Shown piece after piece: positions 11,701 to 23,641 of a stretch of 64,000 nt of DNA. The position numbers and the translations under genes were made by a program. How positions within the stretch are numbered: the first letter of the stretch is position 1; each line of letters begins with the position of its first letter. The notes under the pieces are model-generated. The model did no database searches, had not been told where the DNA came from, and saw only the letters and a program-made list of their open reading frames with translations. The stretch comes from Macrostomum lignano (lineage: Eukaryota): the NCBI GenBank assembly GCA_002269645.1, contig NIVC01000010.1, positions 806,001-870,000 on the forward strand, in the 5' to 3' direction.

Positions 11701-14143
11701 ATTTAATAAAAGAGTTTATAAAAGTTCCATTTTTCGATACATATCGGCATATAAACATATAACCATACCGTCTAGTTGCTGACGCATTCTCCCTAGGCGG
11801 CCCGGTATAGCGGCTTAAAAATTTTCTCTTCGGCGATGGCGGTATCTCGTCTGGTCGAACGCTGCACAGCGGCTCGTCGTCTGCTAGCCTGCAGCGGTTG
11901 ACAACAGGGTCATTGAAATTTGTGGTTAATCATAAGGTAGGCTAAAGGGGCGATTCACAGGTAGCCTAAAGGGGCGATTCTCAGGTAGGCTAAAGGGGCG
12001 ATTCTCAGGTAGACTAAAGGGGCGATTCTCAGGTAGGCTAAAGGGGCGATTCTCAGGTAGGCTAAAGGGGCGATTTTCAGGTAGGCTAAAGGGGCGATTC
12101 TCAGGTAGGCTAAAGGGGCGATTCTCAAGTAGGCCACAGGGGCGATTCTCAGGTAGCCTACTAAGGCGATTGTCAGGTACATAATAAAAGACAATACTTA
12201 CTCTCCATCTTCTCTGTCTCCATCTTCAGCATCTTTCTTATTCTTTTTATCTTTTTTGCTTTTCTTCTCTTTCTTTTCCTTCTTTTTCTTTTCTTTCTTA
12301 GCCTTCTTAGCCTTCTTTTTCGACGTGGTCTCGCCGTCAGCGCCATCAGAGGCATCAACCCCGGCCCCGGTGCTCGCGTCCGCCTCATCGGCAGTCGGTT
12401 TTTTCTTTCGTACTGTAAAAATAGCGTAAATTTGCTGATTACACTACTGACAAAAGTAAAAAATAAGAACAGTTCAATAGAAAATTACGCATAAAATATC
12501 GAAAACACGTACCGGGAACTAATTCGCCGCAATTAACAATGGTAATGTCATTCACTGGACGCTTTTCATCGTTGACAGGTTGATTCTCGATGCGTTTAAC
12601 AACGTCTTGACCGTCTAGAACTTGGCCGAATACTACGTGCTTGTTGTCCAGATGGCTAGCAGGCGTGGTGGTGCTGTTTTGGAAATAAAAAATGCCAAGT
12701 ATGCCTTAATAAGATATTAAACCAGAAATTATTATAGAATATATTGCGGAATAAAATTACGAATTACATAAAAAACTGAGACCCATTCGCATCTCTGCCT
12801 TTGTTGGCCATTGAGAGTAAAAACGGTCGATCGTGCTTCAAATCGAAGTTCTCGTCTAAAACAAATGTTGTATAAAAGAATTTAGTTAAACTAAGATAAA
12901 ATAAGAGAATGAGGTACATGCATTTGAAAGTTGAGCCGGGGAGGGCAGGGGAGGGCAGAGGGGAAGGCGGGGGAGGGCAAAGGGAGGACATTAGGGCAGG
13001 GGAGGGCAGGAGGGCAGGGGAGGGCAGGGGAGGGCAGGGGAGGGCAGGAGGGCAGGGACGGGCAGGAGGGCAAGGGAGGGCAGGAGGGCAGGGGAGGGCA
13101 GGAGGGCAGGGGCGGGCAGGAGGGCAGGGGAGGGCAGGAGGGCAGGGGAGGGCAGGGGAGGGCAGGGGAGGGCAGGGGCGGGCAGGAGGGCAAGGGAGGG
13201 CAGGAGGGCAGGGGAGGGCAGGAGGGCAGGGGCGGGCAGGAGGGCAGGGGCGGGCAGGAGGGCAAGGGAGGGCACGACAGGGGAGGGCAGGGGAGGGCAG
13301 GAGGGCAGGGGCGGGCAGGAGGGCAAGGGAGGGCAAGGGAGGGCAGGGGAGGGCAGGGGAGGGCAGGAGGGCAGGGGAGGGCAGGAGGACAGGGGAGGGC
13401 AGAAAGGAAGGCGGGGGGGGGCAAAGGGAGGACATTAGGGCAGGGGAGGGAGGGCAGGAGGGCAGGAGGGCATGGGAGGGTAGTATTGCGGGGGAGGGCA
13501 GGCGAGGGCAGGAGGGCAGGAGGGCATGGGAGGGTGGGAGTGCGGGGGAGGACAGGAGAGGGCAGGACTGCAGGGGAGGGCAAAGAGGGCAGGGGAGGGC
13601 ATGAGGGCAGGGGAGGGCATGAGGGGAGGGGAGGGCATGAAGGGCAGAGCAGTTGAAGTAAAGCACACAAATCCTAACCTTTAAAGCGGCCGCCATAGAT
13701 GCTCTCTCCGCCAGTGCCATCGCGTTTTGCAATATCGCCGCCCTGAATCATAAAGCCTTTAATAACCCGATGAAAAATTGAGTCCTTATAGTGCAGCGAC
13801 TGGCCTGGATTCTCGCTAGACACTTTGTCACCTGTTGTGCATTGAGGATATATTCTTCATATTTAACGTGTACTACTAAGAGTAGCGCAATGTTGCAGAG
13901 GAATATTATTTATATTTACCTAAACAGAGGTGACGGAAATTTTCGCAGGTCAGTGGAACAACGTCGTTGAATAACTCGAAAACGATCCTGTGAACTGTTT
14001 TAGGTGGTGGATTAACGTCTTATTTAGAAACTAGACAGCATTGTTTTTTTAGCCTCGAGTCTCGAAAACACCTATGAAAACCTACCGCCATCTTCGCCTG
14101 GCAGGGCCACATCGAAGAAGCAGCGCGGCTTGAATTTACCCAT
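5771..14143 (-). CDS. PPIG: Cyclophilin-type peptidyl-prolyl isomerase with Lys-rich and RS/SP-rich tail (PPIG/NKTR/Moca-cyp type), about 1353 aa
   Basis: Exons 14143-14086, 13994-13920, 13831-13679, 12855-12768, 12673-12513, 12412-12202, 11888-11769, 11634-11529, 11248-11091, 9376-9170 and 8495-5771, all GT-AG and in phase. Motifs: [59 protein letters not shown] (His at the CypA W121 position, as in PPIG), [21 protein letters not shown]. Confidence 0.93.
6330..7915 (-). repeat. Coding 21-bp tandem repeats in the last PPIG-like exon, encoding heptads SPV(Q/N/D/Y)R(R/S)(K/R), about 65 copies in three blocks
   Basis: Translation of ORF 5771-8305; frame continuous with the upstream exon splice. 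Confidence 0.92.
8690..9121. repeat. Intronic minisatellite, about 30-bp unit gagaatctggaagagtgacagactcgttta
   Basis: PPIG-like intron 8496-9169; starts about 50 nt after the donor. Confidence 0.95.
9629..9997 (-). mobile_element. tRNA-derived SINE with 13-bp TSD
   Basis: Head gggggccgtagcccagcggtagcgc...ggctcgattcc has A- and B-box-like motifs; A-rich tail aataaaaaaaaataa; identical cactttaaaccat at 9616-9628 and 9998-10010. Confidence 0.85.
10005..11058. repeat. Intronic minisatellite, 29-bp unit ccatactgaggtgtccacccggacaagag, about 35 copies
   Basis: PPIG-like intron 9377-11090; starts about 30 nt after the donor. Confidence 0.96.
11300..11460. repeat. Short degenerate intronic repeats (gaggacaggtgt-like)
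   Basis: Several imperfect copies in PPIG-like intron 11249-11528. Confidence 0.7.
11935..12177. repeat. Intronic minisatellite, 24-bp unit ggcgattctcaggtaggctaaagg, about 10 copies
   Basis: PPIG-like intron 11889-12201. Confidence 0.95.
12935..13648. repeat. Intronic purine/G-rich tandem array (ggagggcagg variants)
   Basis: PPIG-like intron 12856-13678. Confidence 0.95.
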
Positions 14144-14504
14144 GTACACTTGGTCCTGGCTGAAAGCTGGATTTTCAATTTTGCAGAATGCTTAGCTAAT
14201 ATAAAAGATTAAACTGGAATCTATGAATATGATTTCAAATTATTTGTAGCAAAAATCGATATATGTACCTAAATAAATGTTAGCAATTCATTTTAAATAT
14301 AATTGCCTTGTTTCTTGTTAGTTTATATCTTCTATCTAACACACCACTTTATCCAGATTTAGTTACATTTTGCATATATGATCTGGTTTTTCATAATACT
14401 GAACTTTCTGTTCAAATTTGATAATGTACTATAGTGTCATAGTGATAATAATATAATGATATAATATAATAATAATTCAGAATCCAGGGTTATACTTGCC
14501 ATAA

Positions 14505-14791
14505 TAGGCAGATACACAACCAACTACTTGGCTGCAGCTATTTTGCAGCACATAAAAGCTATATACAGTTGTTTAGTCTAAGGACTAAGGAGTCACCACA
14601 TACATCCTCAATTACCCCAGCTAATTCTAATTTCCACATTTCTAGCTAGGTGGACAGAGCAATGCAGAGTTAAGTGAATTCCTTGCTTAAGGACATAAAT
14701 TATTCCAAGTGAGTTAAGAAATAAACTCCTAACCTATTAGGCCCTAGTTATAGTTATAAGTCTAACTCACTATCCACTAGGCTATAATCCC
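14505..14791 (-). mobile_element. Degenerate tRNA-SINE, same family as 61370-61651
   Basis: Shares gcagcta..., caattaccccagctaat, gcaatgcagag, aaggaca and cactaggcta with the 61.4-kb copy, with many C>T/G>A changes. Confidence 0.75.
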
Positions 14792-15564
14792 TTTACATGG
14801 ATAATCTATAAACAATGGACAATCTTAACATTTTAACTTATTATTTAAAAAAACATATTGTCTTTTATAAAAATTTTATATAAATAGAAATAAAATTATT
14901 TTTGTCTTACATTTTTAAAAGAATTAAACTCAAATCAACATAAAATACTAGTCTTAGGAATCTATTATACTAAAAAATAGTATAGTGTATATATTATCAA
15001 AGTAGCAAAAGAGCCACTAATCTTTTTTTGAAAATCACTAATTGCGCTAAATTCTTTTTTGCTACAAAACTGGATGTTAAATAGCAATTAATAAAACCTT
15101 ATTTAAGTATTTAAATTAACTATTATATAAATATATTTCTAATTTTAATAGGCCTAGATAATGCAAAAAAAATAATAATCATTTTTGGTTTTTTGTATTA
15201 TCAACACTTGATATTATTTTTATCAACTACTTTTAGTTTTTCACTGTTTCTAATTCATTGGCAAAAAAGTTGTTGATTCATTTAATTTTAGTAATCAACT
15301 TGTATTTCTTTTGTCATGTCTATGTCTTAGTTTAACACTGATATTGTTGATATCTATGATAATGAATAGGCCTAATATTAAAAAATTAAAACCCAATCTA
15401 CAATTTGGTATTGCCCAATATTCTATTGGATATGTCAGTCCTAGTGTGAATATTGATACTATTTATTATTTACCTAAAGTAGTCTTTAAAAAGTGAATTA
15501 AGATTGCTGCCCATGCTTAGGTGTACCCTTGGGATTTACTTGGCCATTTCTATTGGTAACACAC

Positions 15565-16125
15565 CATAGTTAGGAAGGCGGTAGATTTCACCAAAGTTTC
15601 AGGCGCAAATTGGCCATTTCTCTAGCATACTTGGTGCATTTGGTGCAAATAGAAAAATGATAGGCCTAGCCTGCAACTTGGCGCAGTTGGTACATAGGAT
15701 AGATTCTTTTGATCAGTAAATAATAATATAATCAAGCAGCCTTTGTTTGTGATAGGCCTGTATATTTTTTTGTATTTTTGGATATTTTTTGTTACAATTA
15801 TAATAGTAACTTTAACAACAATTGTTCATTTATCTAACAATTTTTTCAGAACTTATATAAAAATTGTTATTTTTATGAACATTAAGGCATAGGCCTAAAG
15901 ACTGCTCAAAGTTCAAATTCAAATTTCCATTTACTGTTTTCTGTTCACCATTTGATCTTTTTGCTAAATCATTATAGTTAAGGCCTATATTGTTATAAAT
16001 AGCATTTTTAACTATTCCAAGCACCAGTGCATGGCACAAGGAAAAAATTTCTTTAGCGCAAAGCGCATTAGAAAAATTTGGGGAAATTTATTCCAGCGCA
16101 CATGGCGCACCTTCTTGACTATTAT
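15565..16125. mobile_element. Degenerate MITE related to 41513-42052
   Basis: Left end ccatagttaggaagg; right end reverse-complements to aatagtcaagaagg; internal gcgca motifs; no clean TSD. Confidence 0.5.
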
Positions 16126-16921
16126 AGGCAACACACACAGTTGCTATTAGATAGAATAGTAGTCACGTGACTACTCTTTCAGCCAATAAGGACTTACATG
16201 TATGTTTTGCCTCATTTAAAATGTGAGGTAAAAATGTGCAAAAACAAAAATCCATATGAAATTGTTGTTTATATTAAATATATCAATTAATTTAGTGCAT
16301 TTCATTTGCTATTACTTTCACTAGGGCATACGGCCTACTCAGTCACCGTGTCTGTAACATTCAAACACTGCAGCTGCGCTGCCAAAAATAAAACTGTCCT
16401 AATATCCTATCTATGCGAGAGAAAATGGTCGCAGTCGTCACATTTAATTTTTTACATCTATTATATTTGGTCAAGACTCACGTCGTTCGTTATCAGTCAT
16501 GATTAATTAATATTAAAGTTGCAAACAATTTTGAATGACTGCAGGCATTTCGACTGTACTTAGGTAAATATACCATTGTTATCAAAAAGATTTGAACTGA
16601 ATAGTAGCCGTGTCTACTTAACTTTTTTAAACATCAAATAATATCGATATTGATACATACAAATAAATAACAGAGAACTTTTAATAAAAGGCAGTTTAAA
16701 ATATTAGAGTTGGCACTATTAGTTGCTTCGGAAATTTAGATATTCATTGCTTTCAAAATTCGTTGCACTTTCAGCGAAACGTAATTAACTATAACAAACA
16801 CAAGTAAGAAAAATGTTATAAAAAAGCTTCCAAAAGTTAAGTTATATTTAAGATTGAAATTAGGTTGCAAAGCTCATACTCACAGGCACAAATAAAAATA
16901 TAAATATAGCACAATTACTAC

Positions 16922-19900
16922 TAATTAAATTGTGCTAAATTATTTGTAGTGTTAAATTATTTGCACCCTGGTGCAAATAAATGCCGCTGCCTCCTGGTGA
17001 CGCTGGAGCCCCCAGCGCTTGCCTCGGCCAACACGGAGAGCCGCGCCCTGGTGCTGCGGCTGCTAAGTGCGGCAGGACGGGAGGACGGCGTGGACAGCGA
17101 AGCGCCCGACGTCGCATTGAGCGGCGAAGGGAACGCAACCGGCGAGGACGAACGAAAAGCCGTCTTCGCCAGTCTGCTGGCAACTCTGACCCGCCGACCC
17201 CACCCAGTCGGCTCCGCCGGGTGGCGCCGGGGACCGTGAGGCCCGTACCAACACCGAGCCCCAGCCTTTACAAACCGCGCTCTAAGACTAGCCACCTTTA
17301 ACTGCCGAACACTGAAGTCCGCCTGGAGAAGGGGCATGCTCGCACTGCTGGCATCTGACCTGCGGCTAGACCTCGTCATGCTGCAGGAGTTGTCAATCAC
17401 TGCTGAGTCTGTACTTCACCGTGAAGACCTGGGGGCCGGCTGCAGACGCTGCACTACACGTCAGCGGATAGTAGGAGAAGCCACGAAGGAGTCGGCGCGC
17501 TCGTCGGACCACGGCTACGCGAGAGCGTCTGCTGCGTTAGCTTGTCAGCCGACTGCTGCGCGTGGATGTGAGGCTGCGCCGCCGCAACGCGCGGCTGTTC
17601 TGTGCGTACGCTCGATCCCACGGCTGCCCATCAGCAGGAGGCACAAGAGTTCTTCGAGCTCCTGTCGGAGCAGCTCGAGTTGGTGGCGCACCGCGACACT
17701 GTGGTGGTGCTTGGTGACCTCAACGCCGTGGCACCGCGGTCCAAGCGCTGCCCGTTTGTTTCGCCACGCCAGAACGCCAACACCGCCGCGCTAGCGGACC
17801 TGATGGCGAGGCTCGACCTGGTGTCGGCCAACACGCGCTTCCGCAAACCACCCAACCGGCTGGCGACATTCGCCGGCTGCAAGCGAAGGAAACAGAATGC
17901 GCGAGGCCGACTCGCCACGACCCGCCTGGCGCAGCTTGACCACGCGCTGGTTCGACACCGCGAACGCAGTCGGCTGTAGAACTGTGACACAGTGGAACCC
18001 CTGGCTGTCCGGTCCGACCATCGCCTACTCTACTGCGACCTGACGCTCTCTGCCCCGCTGTACAGGCCACCAAAACGCCCTAGGAGAATACTTTTCCGCG
18101 CCTTGCAAGACCCCGGTACCCGCAGCAACTTTGCGTACACCTTCGCGACTGCCCTGGGATCCGCGCAGGCACCAGACTACACCACCATCAGCTCAGCCAT
18201 TACCACTGCCGCTGCCAAAACTCTGCCGCTTATGGAGCCCGCGTCACGGCAACTTCCGGTTTGGGCGAGCGACCCGGAGGTCCGGGAGGCCCGCCGCACA
18301 GTCGAGCAGCTGCGACGAGCCAGGCGACCGACATCCGATGCCGAGAAAGCCCTGGCAGACGCCTACGCTAGTCGACAGCAAGCCGCTGTTGACGACGCAA
18401 TCAGGGCAGTCGCCTCCGTCGGGCCTGAACGGCAGAAGAGGGTTGTTGTTGTTGTTGTTACTCCCGGCCGGTTGGATTCGGGGGCGTGTCTGCGCCCCTA
18501 CCGTGCGGAGGAAATCGAGCGCGCGGAGGCCGTCCGTCGAGAGGACGGCCAGGGACGGGTTTGGCCCTAGAAACCCGGGGCGCTCGAAGACCCTTGCACG
18601 GGTCCGGGGTGGTGGCTGCACTTGGCCGGGCGAACCCGGACGGTCCCGCCGCGTGAAGGCGGCAGCCATGGGAAGCGCGCGAGCGCGCTCCGGGAGGCGG
18701 AACCTCCCGACCGGCAGAACAGGGTCGTCTGGCCGGTCGTGAACGCCCTAACCGGTCGCAAAAAGAAGACGGCGCTCAACCTGGCTGGCGACACGGCCGA
18801 AGAGCGCAGAAACGAGCTGCGCACCTTCTTCGCCGCCATTGTCAACGCGCCGTCGCCGACTCTGCTGAACGAGATGCTGCTGCCCCCCGAGGTGGCGCTG
18901 CCGCGGCAGGAGGACTTCGACACCCGTCCTGTGACCAGCACCGACGTTGTGAAATTCGCCCGCAGGGCTCCGGGAGGCCGCGCCCCCGGCCCGGACGAGG
19001 TCCCCATCGAGGCGCTGCGAGTCACAAGGGTTGCCACTGAGGTGGCCCGCGTGAGGAACGGCGTCCTGGCGGGAGGCCCCGCGCCCCGCGAGTGGACGCA
19101 GGCCAACATCGTCGGCATCCCAAAGAAGCCGGGCACTACACGGAAGGAGTAGCATCGTGGAATCTCGCTCATGTCCTGTACCGCGAAGCTGTTCAACCGG
19201 GTGCTATTACCACGGTTACAGCCCGTGCTGGACTCGTTCCTGCGGTACGAGCAGAACGGGTTCCGCCCCCGTCGCGGTACGGTGACGCAGATCCTGGCCC
19301 TCCGCCGCATCATCGAGGAGGCGCGCATCCACCAGTCAAGCCTTATCGTCATCTTTGTTGACTTCCTCAAGGCCTTCGACTCGGTGGCGCGCGGCGCGCT
19401 GCCTCACGTGCTCCGTACCTACAACGTACCGCAGCAGCTGATCTCCGCCATCATGGCGCTGTATCAGGACACCACCGCCGCGGTAGCGACGCCAGACGGA
19501 CCGTCGGACCTGTTTAGCACGACCTCCGGAGTGCTACAGGGTGACACTCTGGCGCCCTTTCTCTTCGTGCTGGTGATGGACTGGGTGCTCAGGACCGGCC
19601 TGCCGACAACAGAGGACGGCTTTCTGCTGCAAAGGTGCACCAGTAGACGGCACCCGAAGAAGAAACTGTCTATCCTTGGCTACGGGGACGACCTCGCCCT
19701 GCTGTCTTCGACGGCCGAAGGCGCCCAACGGCTGCTGGACGGCCTACTGCGGCGGCGGCGAGGGTCGGTCTCGTCATCAACGCCAGGAAGACCGAGGTGC
19801 TGACGGTGCCGCATGATCTATCCGCCGAGATTCGACTTCGAGACGGTGACGGCCCCGGGACGGCGCTCCCGAAGTGCTTTCAGTTCGTCTACCTCGGCGG

Positions 19901-20503
19901 ACTGGTGCCTGACGTCGGCGACGACCTGGCCAGACGGCGCGGCAAGGCCTGGGCTGCCTTCCGATCTGTGCGGGCGGTGCTGCTCTCCGAGGCCCTGTCC
20001 GACGGCGCCAGGTCCCAGCTGTTCCAGGCGGTTGTTGAGACCGCCCTGCTGTACAATGCTGAGACCTGGACGCTGACCGGGGCGCTTGAGGCGCAGCTCG
20101 ACGCGACGCATGCGGCCCTAGTCCGCGCCGCTTTCGGCGCCCGCCGCGGCCCTGGCAGCGAGACAACCGAGTCCCTGTACAAGCGCACAGGCCTGACGCG
20201 GCCTTCTGCCCTGCTGAGTCAGCGGCGCCTGCGGCTGGCCGGACATGTCATCCGGGCCGAAGCGTAACTGCCCAGAGCCGCTGCAGGACGTCCTGCTGTG
20301 GACCCCGCAGGGACCGCGCAGGCGTGGCCAGGGACGATCAGCCCGCTACGTCGACCGCCTTTTTGAAGATGCGCGAGCACCCAGCCAGGCGGCCTGTGGG
20401 AAGCACGTTAGAGACCTGGCTCTGAAACGCGCGATTTGACGCTCCCCCCTCTTGGCCACTCCCGTGGCTTGCGTGGGGCGTAACTAGTATTATTATTATT
20501 ATT
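16922..20503 (+). mobile_element. Near full-length RTE-like non-LTR retrotransposon (APE endonuclease plus RT), inactivated by stops, frameshifts and a nested insertion
   Basis: 11-bp TSD acaattactac at 16911-16921 and 20504-20514; (tat)n tail; EN motifs FNCRTL..LQE, VLGDLNA, LDHALV, SDHRLL; RT motifs EQNGFR, FVDFLKAFDSV, LQGDTLAPFLF, YGDD, YLG, RRLRLAGHVIR. Confidence 0.93.
18444..18711 (-). mobile_element. 5'-truncated 3' end of a different non-LTR element with (aac)n tail, nested antisense in the RTE
   Basis: Flanked by a 14-bp duplication cggcagaa(g/c)agggt (18430-18443 and 18712-18725); removing it restores the RTE frame PERQKRVVWPVVNALTGRK; ends LGPNPSLAVLSTDGLRALDFLRTVG then (aac)6. 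Confidence 0.8.
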
Positions 20504-20799
20504 ACAATTACTACGCTTTTCGCTATTCTCGATCATGTCCTTCCCTGTAAAAACATCGAATCTCCTACAGCTCAGAATAAGAAGCCAGAAATAAAGCAAG
20601 AGATAAGTATTTCTTTTTTAAACAATCCAACAATTGATCTAAAATCAGCTAGGTGCGTCGCCACTGGGGGGGGGGGACAGGGGGACATGTCCAACTCCAT
20701 GTAGTTAATTGCTACAGCATATGGGGGGGCATGCCAATGCTTTGTCACTCCTCACCCCACCCTGTGACTCGTTGTGGTAATCAAAAGTTTTTTCAGGGC

Positions 20800-20965
20800 G
20801 CCAAAATATAGCGCCTTTAGCGCCAAAATGAGTGCCTACGGTGCTAAAAATGAGTGCCTGCGGCGCTATGAGTGCAGGCCGTGCGGCGCTAAAAGGAAGA
20901 ATGCCTGCGGCGCTAAAAGGAATGCCTGCGGCGCCAAAATGAGTGCCTGCGACGCGAAAATGAGT
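20800..20965. repeat. 21-bp minisatellite gcggcgccaaaatgagtgcct (copy 1 of a dispersed family)
   Basis: Same unit at 32940-33240 and 42295-42590; preceded by a G-rich head at about 20650-20700. Confidence 0.9.
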
Positions 20966-21694
20966 GCTGACAACACGATTCTTAAAATAATGTAAATGTA
21001 GGAATGTATAATACATGCGCAGTCTAATAAAGCTACAGATGATGATCCTTCTGGACATGTTCGTACATTTATGGGCACGCTTATGCTTACAGCAGGGAGA
21101 TCTTAAGGACCACAATTGGACGTAAAACTCAAAGATCGTGCATTTTTTGCTTATTTCCTGAAAGATTACACCACACATATAGGAAAAATCATTCGATCTA
21201 TTCATCATACATGTACATGTATATCTACTGTGCACGTATAATCAATGATTGCATTGTATTAGGGGCAGTTACAATTTGTTGTTTAATGCAGCTGTGTAGC
21301 GAAAATTTATTTCCATATCAAATAAATATATACATAGCCTGTTGCCATGATGTACATGTACATTGGCGTGTGATTCAATTGAAGGGCTCATACATTGTTT
21401 GCTTAATTAGAATGTGTATACGAGCGCCGGCTAGTTGAACTTCGGCGTGAGCGAAACTGGCGAGGTCTGCACGCCGTGGTGATCTGCCTGTTTAGCTGCT
21501 GCCATCTTGGCCGATCGGATCTTCCATATGCCAGATGGCGGCGAATCGGAGACCGTGATGGTCGAGGCTCATTGTCATCGAGCCCCAGCCGTACGACAGG
21601 GCACGCTTTGCATGGGTCGGGACGCTGAACTGCCACACTGTCAATTCGCTAGCGCTGGACCTTATAGATGCCCGATGCCCTGTCATCTCGCTGC

Positions 21695-23118
21695 AAGAGG
21701 TGGCCGAGGATGGCAACTCAAGCGGAGGAATTCGTCAATCGATGCCGCAGCTGCGCCGTCACGTCGCACACGCCAGCCGTCCGGGCCACGCCTCTGCAGC
21801 CGACGCCGATCCCCGCGGGCGCCTGGCTGTCGATCGGCGCCGATTTCGAGGGACCCATCAACAACAACATGCTGCTGGTGTGCGTGGACCGCTACTCAAG
21901 GTTTCCGGAGGTGCAGCTCGTGCAGACGACCACGGCCGAGGCATTGATTCCCCGCCTGCGAGAGATGTTCGCCCGCTTCGGGATCCCACAGGAGCTCGTG
22001 ACAGATAATGGACCACCCTTCTCGTCCAAGGAGTTCGGCCGGTTCCTGGCGAGCTACGGGATCAAGCACCGCCTCATCACGCCCTACTACCCAGCGGCCA
22101 ACGGCATGACAGAGCGACTGAACCGCTCCATCAACAAAGTCGTGCGAGCAGCCATCGAGGAGCGGCGGGACTGGAGGGCCGCTCTGGACGAGTGGCTGCT
22201 GGCCTACAGGAACACGCCGCACACGGCCACCGAACGCGCACCAGCCGAGCTGCTGATGGGCCGGCGGCCAAACGACATCATCCCCGCCGCCCGGCCGTCC
22301 CAGCGAGTCCGCATCAACGAGCAGCGGCTGAGAGAAGCCGACGCTGGCGCCAAGGCGGCGATGAAGCAGCACGCTGACGCAAAAAGGCGACCACGGCGGC
22401 ACGACGTCCAGGTCGGCGACTCGGTGCTACGATGGCATGTCGGTGCCAGCAAGACGCAGACGCCATTCGAGAGCGGTGCCTGGACAGTCCAGTGGGTGGC
22501 CGGCAACTCGCTGCTGCTACGCTGGGACGACACGACCTGCTGGCGGCACTGCACGGCAGTCAAAGTCGTCAGCCCCGACTTTGCCGACGCCGGCGCCCAG
22601 ACGCAGACCGCTGCACCGAGAGTTTCGGGCGAGGCGGCCCGAGATCCACCCGCCTCCCCCGTGGCGCTGCGCCCGCAACCCCGCGCTGCTCGGGCGGGCG
22701 TGAAAATCTACAAGGACTGAATTTGAAATCCTGCAATGACTGAAATTAACTGACTTTCTCTTCCGTAATATGCGGACTGAAGTTTTTTTACGTTTTTGCT
22801 GCATTCAATTCAAATATTTTATTTCCTCAATAATTTAATCTCCATTTTCAATGCGCATCATCGGTGAATCTTTCGAACTTTGTATTTTCGAGTTACGTTT
22901 AAATCGATTTTCTTCTCTCTCAGTCTCTATTCGAAAGGGGAGAGATGTAGTGTGCGTACGCACAGTATGGTACGCCCGGGCAGTCTGATTGGCTGCGGAG
23001 TGGGGTGGGTGCCGCCACCCCAATTCTAACTCCATAATATATAGACGCGTGCCCAGCGCGGCGAGATTTGTAAGAGTTTGGCTACACAGCAAACACGGCC
23101 TCTGCCTCAGTTACTACA
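21695..23118 (+). mobile_element. Ty3/Gypsy LTR retrotransposon 3' remnant: integrase, PPT and 3' LTR
   Basis: ORF 21668-22720 has WPRM..CRSC, GADFEGP..VDRYSRFP, LVTDNGPPF, PYYPAANGMTER (DDE integrase); PPT aaaggggagaga; LTR 22946-23118 bounded by tgtagt...actaca. Confidence 0.9.
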
Positions 23119-23124
23119 ATCAGG

Positions 23125-23390
23125 GCCGACCCGGGAGTTCATTGTGAGGACCTAGGCACCGGTTGTACCCTCTGGTACCACGTCGGCGGACTAGCAAAGC
23201 CGCAGAGGAGTTGGAGCGCTGATCGGACCGAGGTTGCAACAGAGCTGCCACTATAGCTGCATCTCCCGTCTGACCAGCTGCTTCGGGTTGACGTCCGGCT
23301 CGCGGCCGGAACGCTCGCCTGTTCTGCGCGCACGCGTCTCCTGCCACCCGACCCCTGACGAGGATCAAGTCCTACGACGAGGTACAAGTG
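23125..23390 (+). mobile_element. Degenerate fragment of an RTE-like endonuclease region
   Basis: cattgtgaggacctaggcaccggttg...gaggagttggagcgctgatcggacc resembles RTE 17415-17515 (caccgtgaagacctgggggccggctg...gaaggagtcggcgcgctcgtcggacc). Confidence 0.55.
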
Positions 23391-23641
23391 CCTGCATGTA
23401 AAAATGTGCATGTCAACTTGCTTGTAGACTCATCAAAGCACGTGCATAAGTAGTATATAGTTTTTATCGTCAGGCAGAATAAAATAATACGCACATTTTT
23501 TAAAGAACGCGGTCGGTTTTTATTTGTAAAATTTCGTTTAAACTGAAAACAAAAGAGCTCACTCACGCAATGAAACGAAAAACTTTTTTCAATTCCCTTT
23601 AAAGTTTGATTTCGGGAGCCGGAACGCCAAGTTTGTTCAAA

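Noticed and set aside
11810-11830. Apparent frameshift in PPIG-like exon 7 at the A/T homopolymer
   Set aside because: On recount the run is A5 (cttaaaaattttc), giving KFLSR in frame; there is no lesion.
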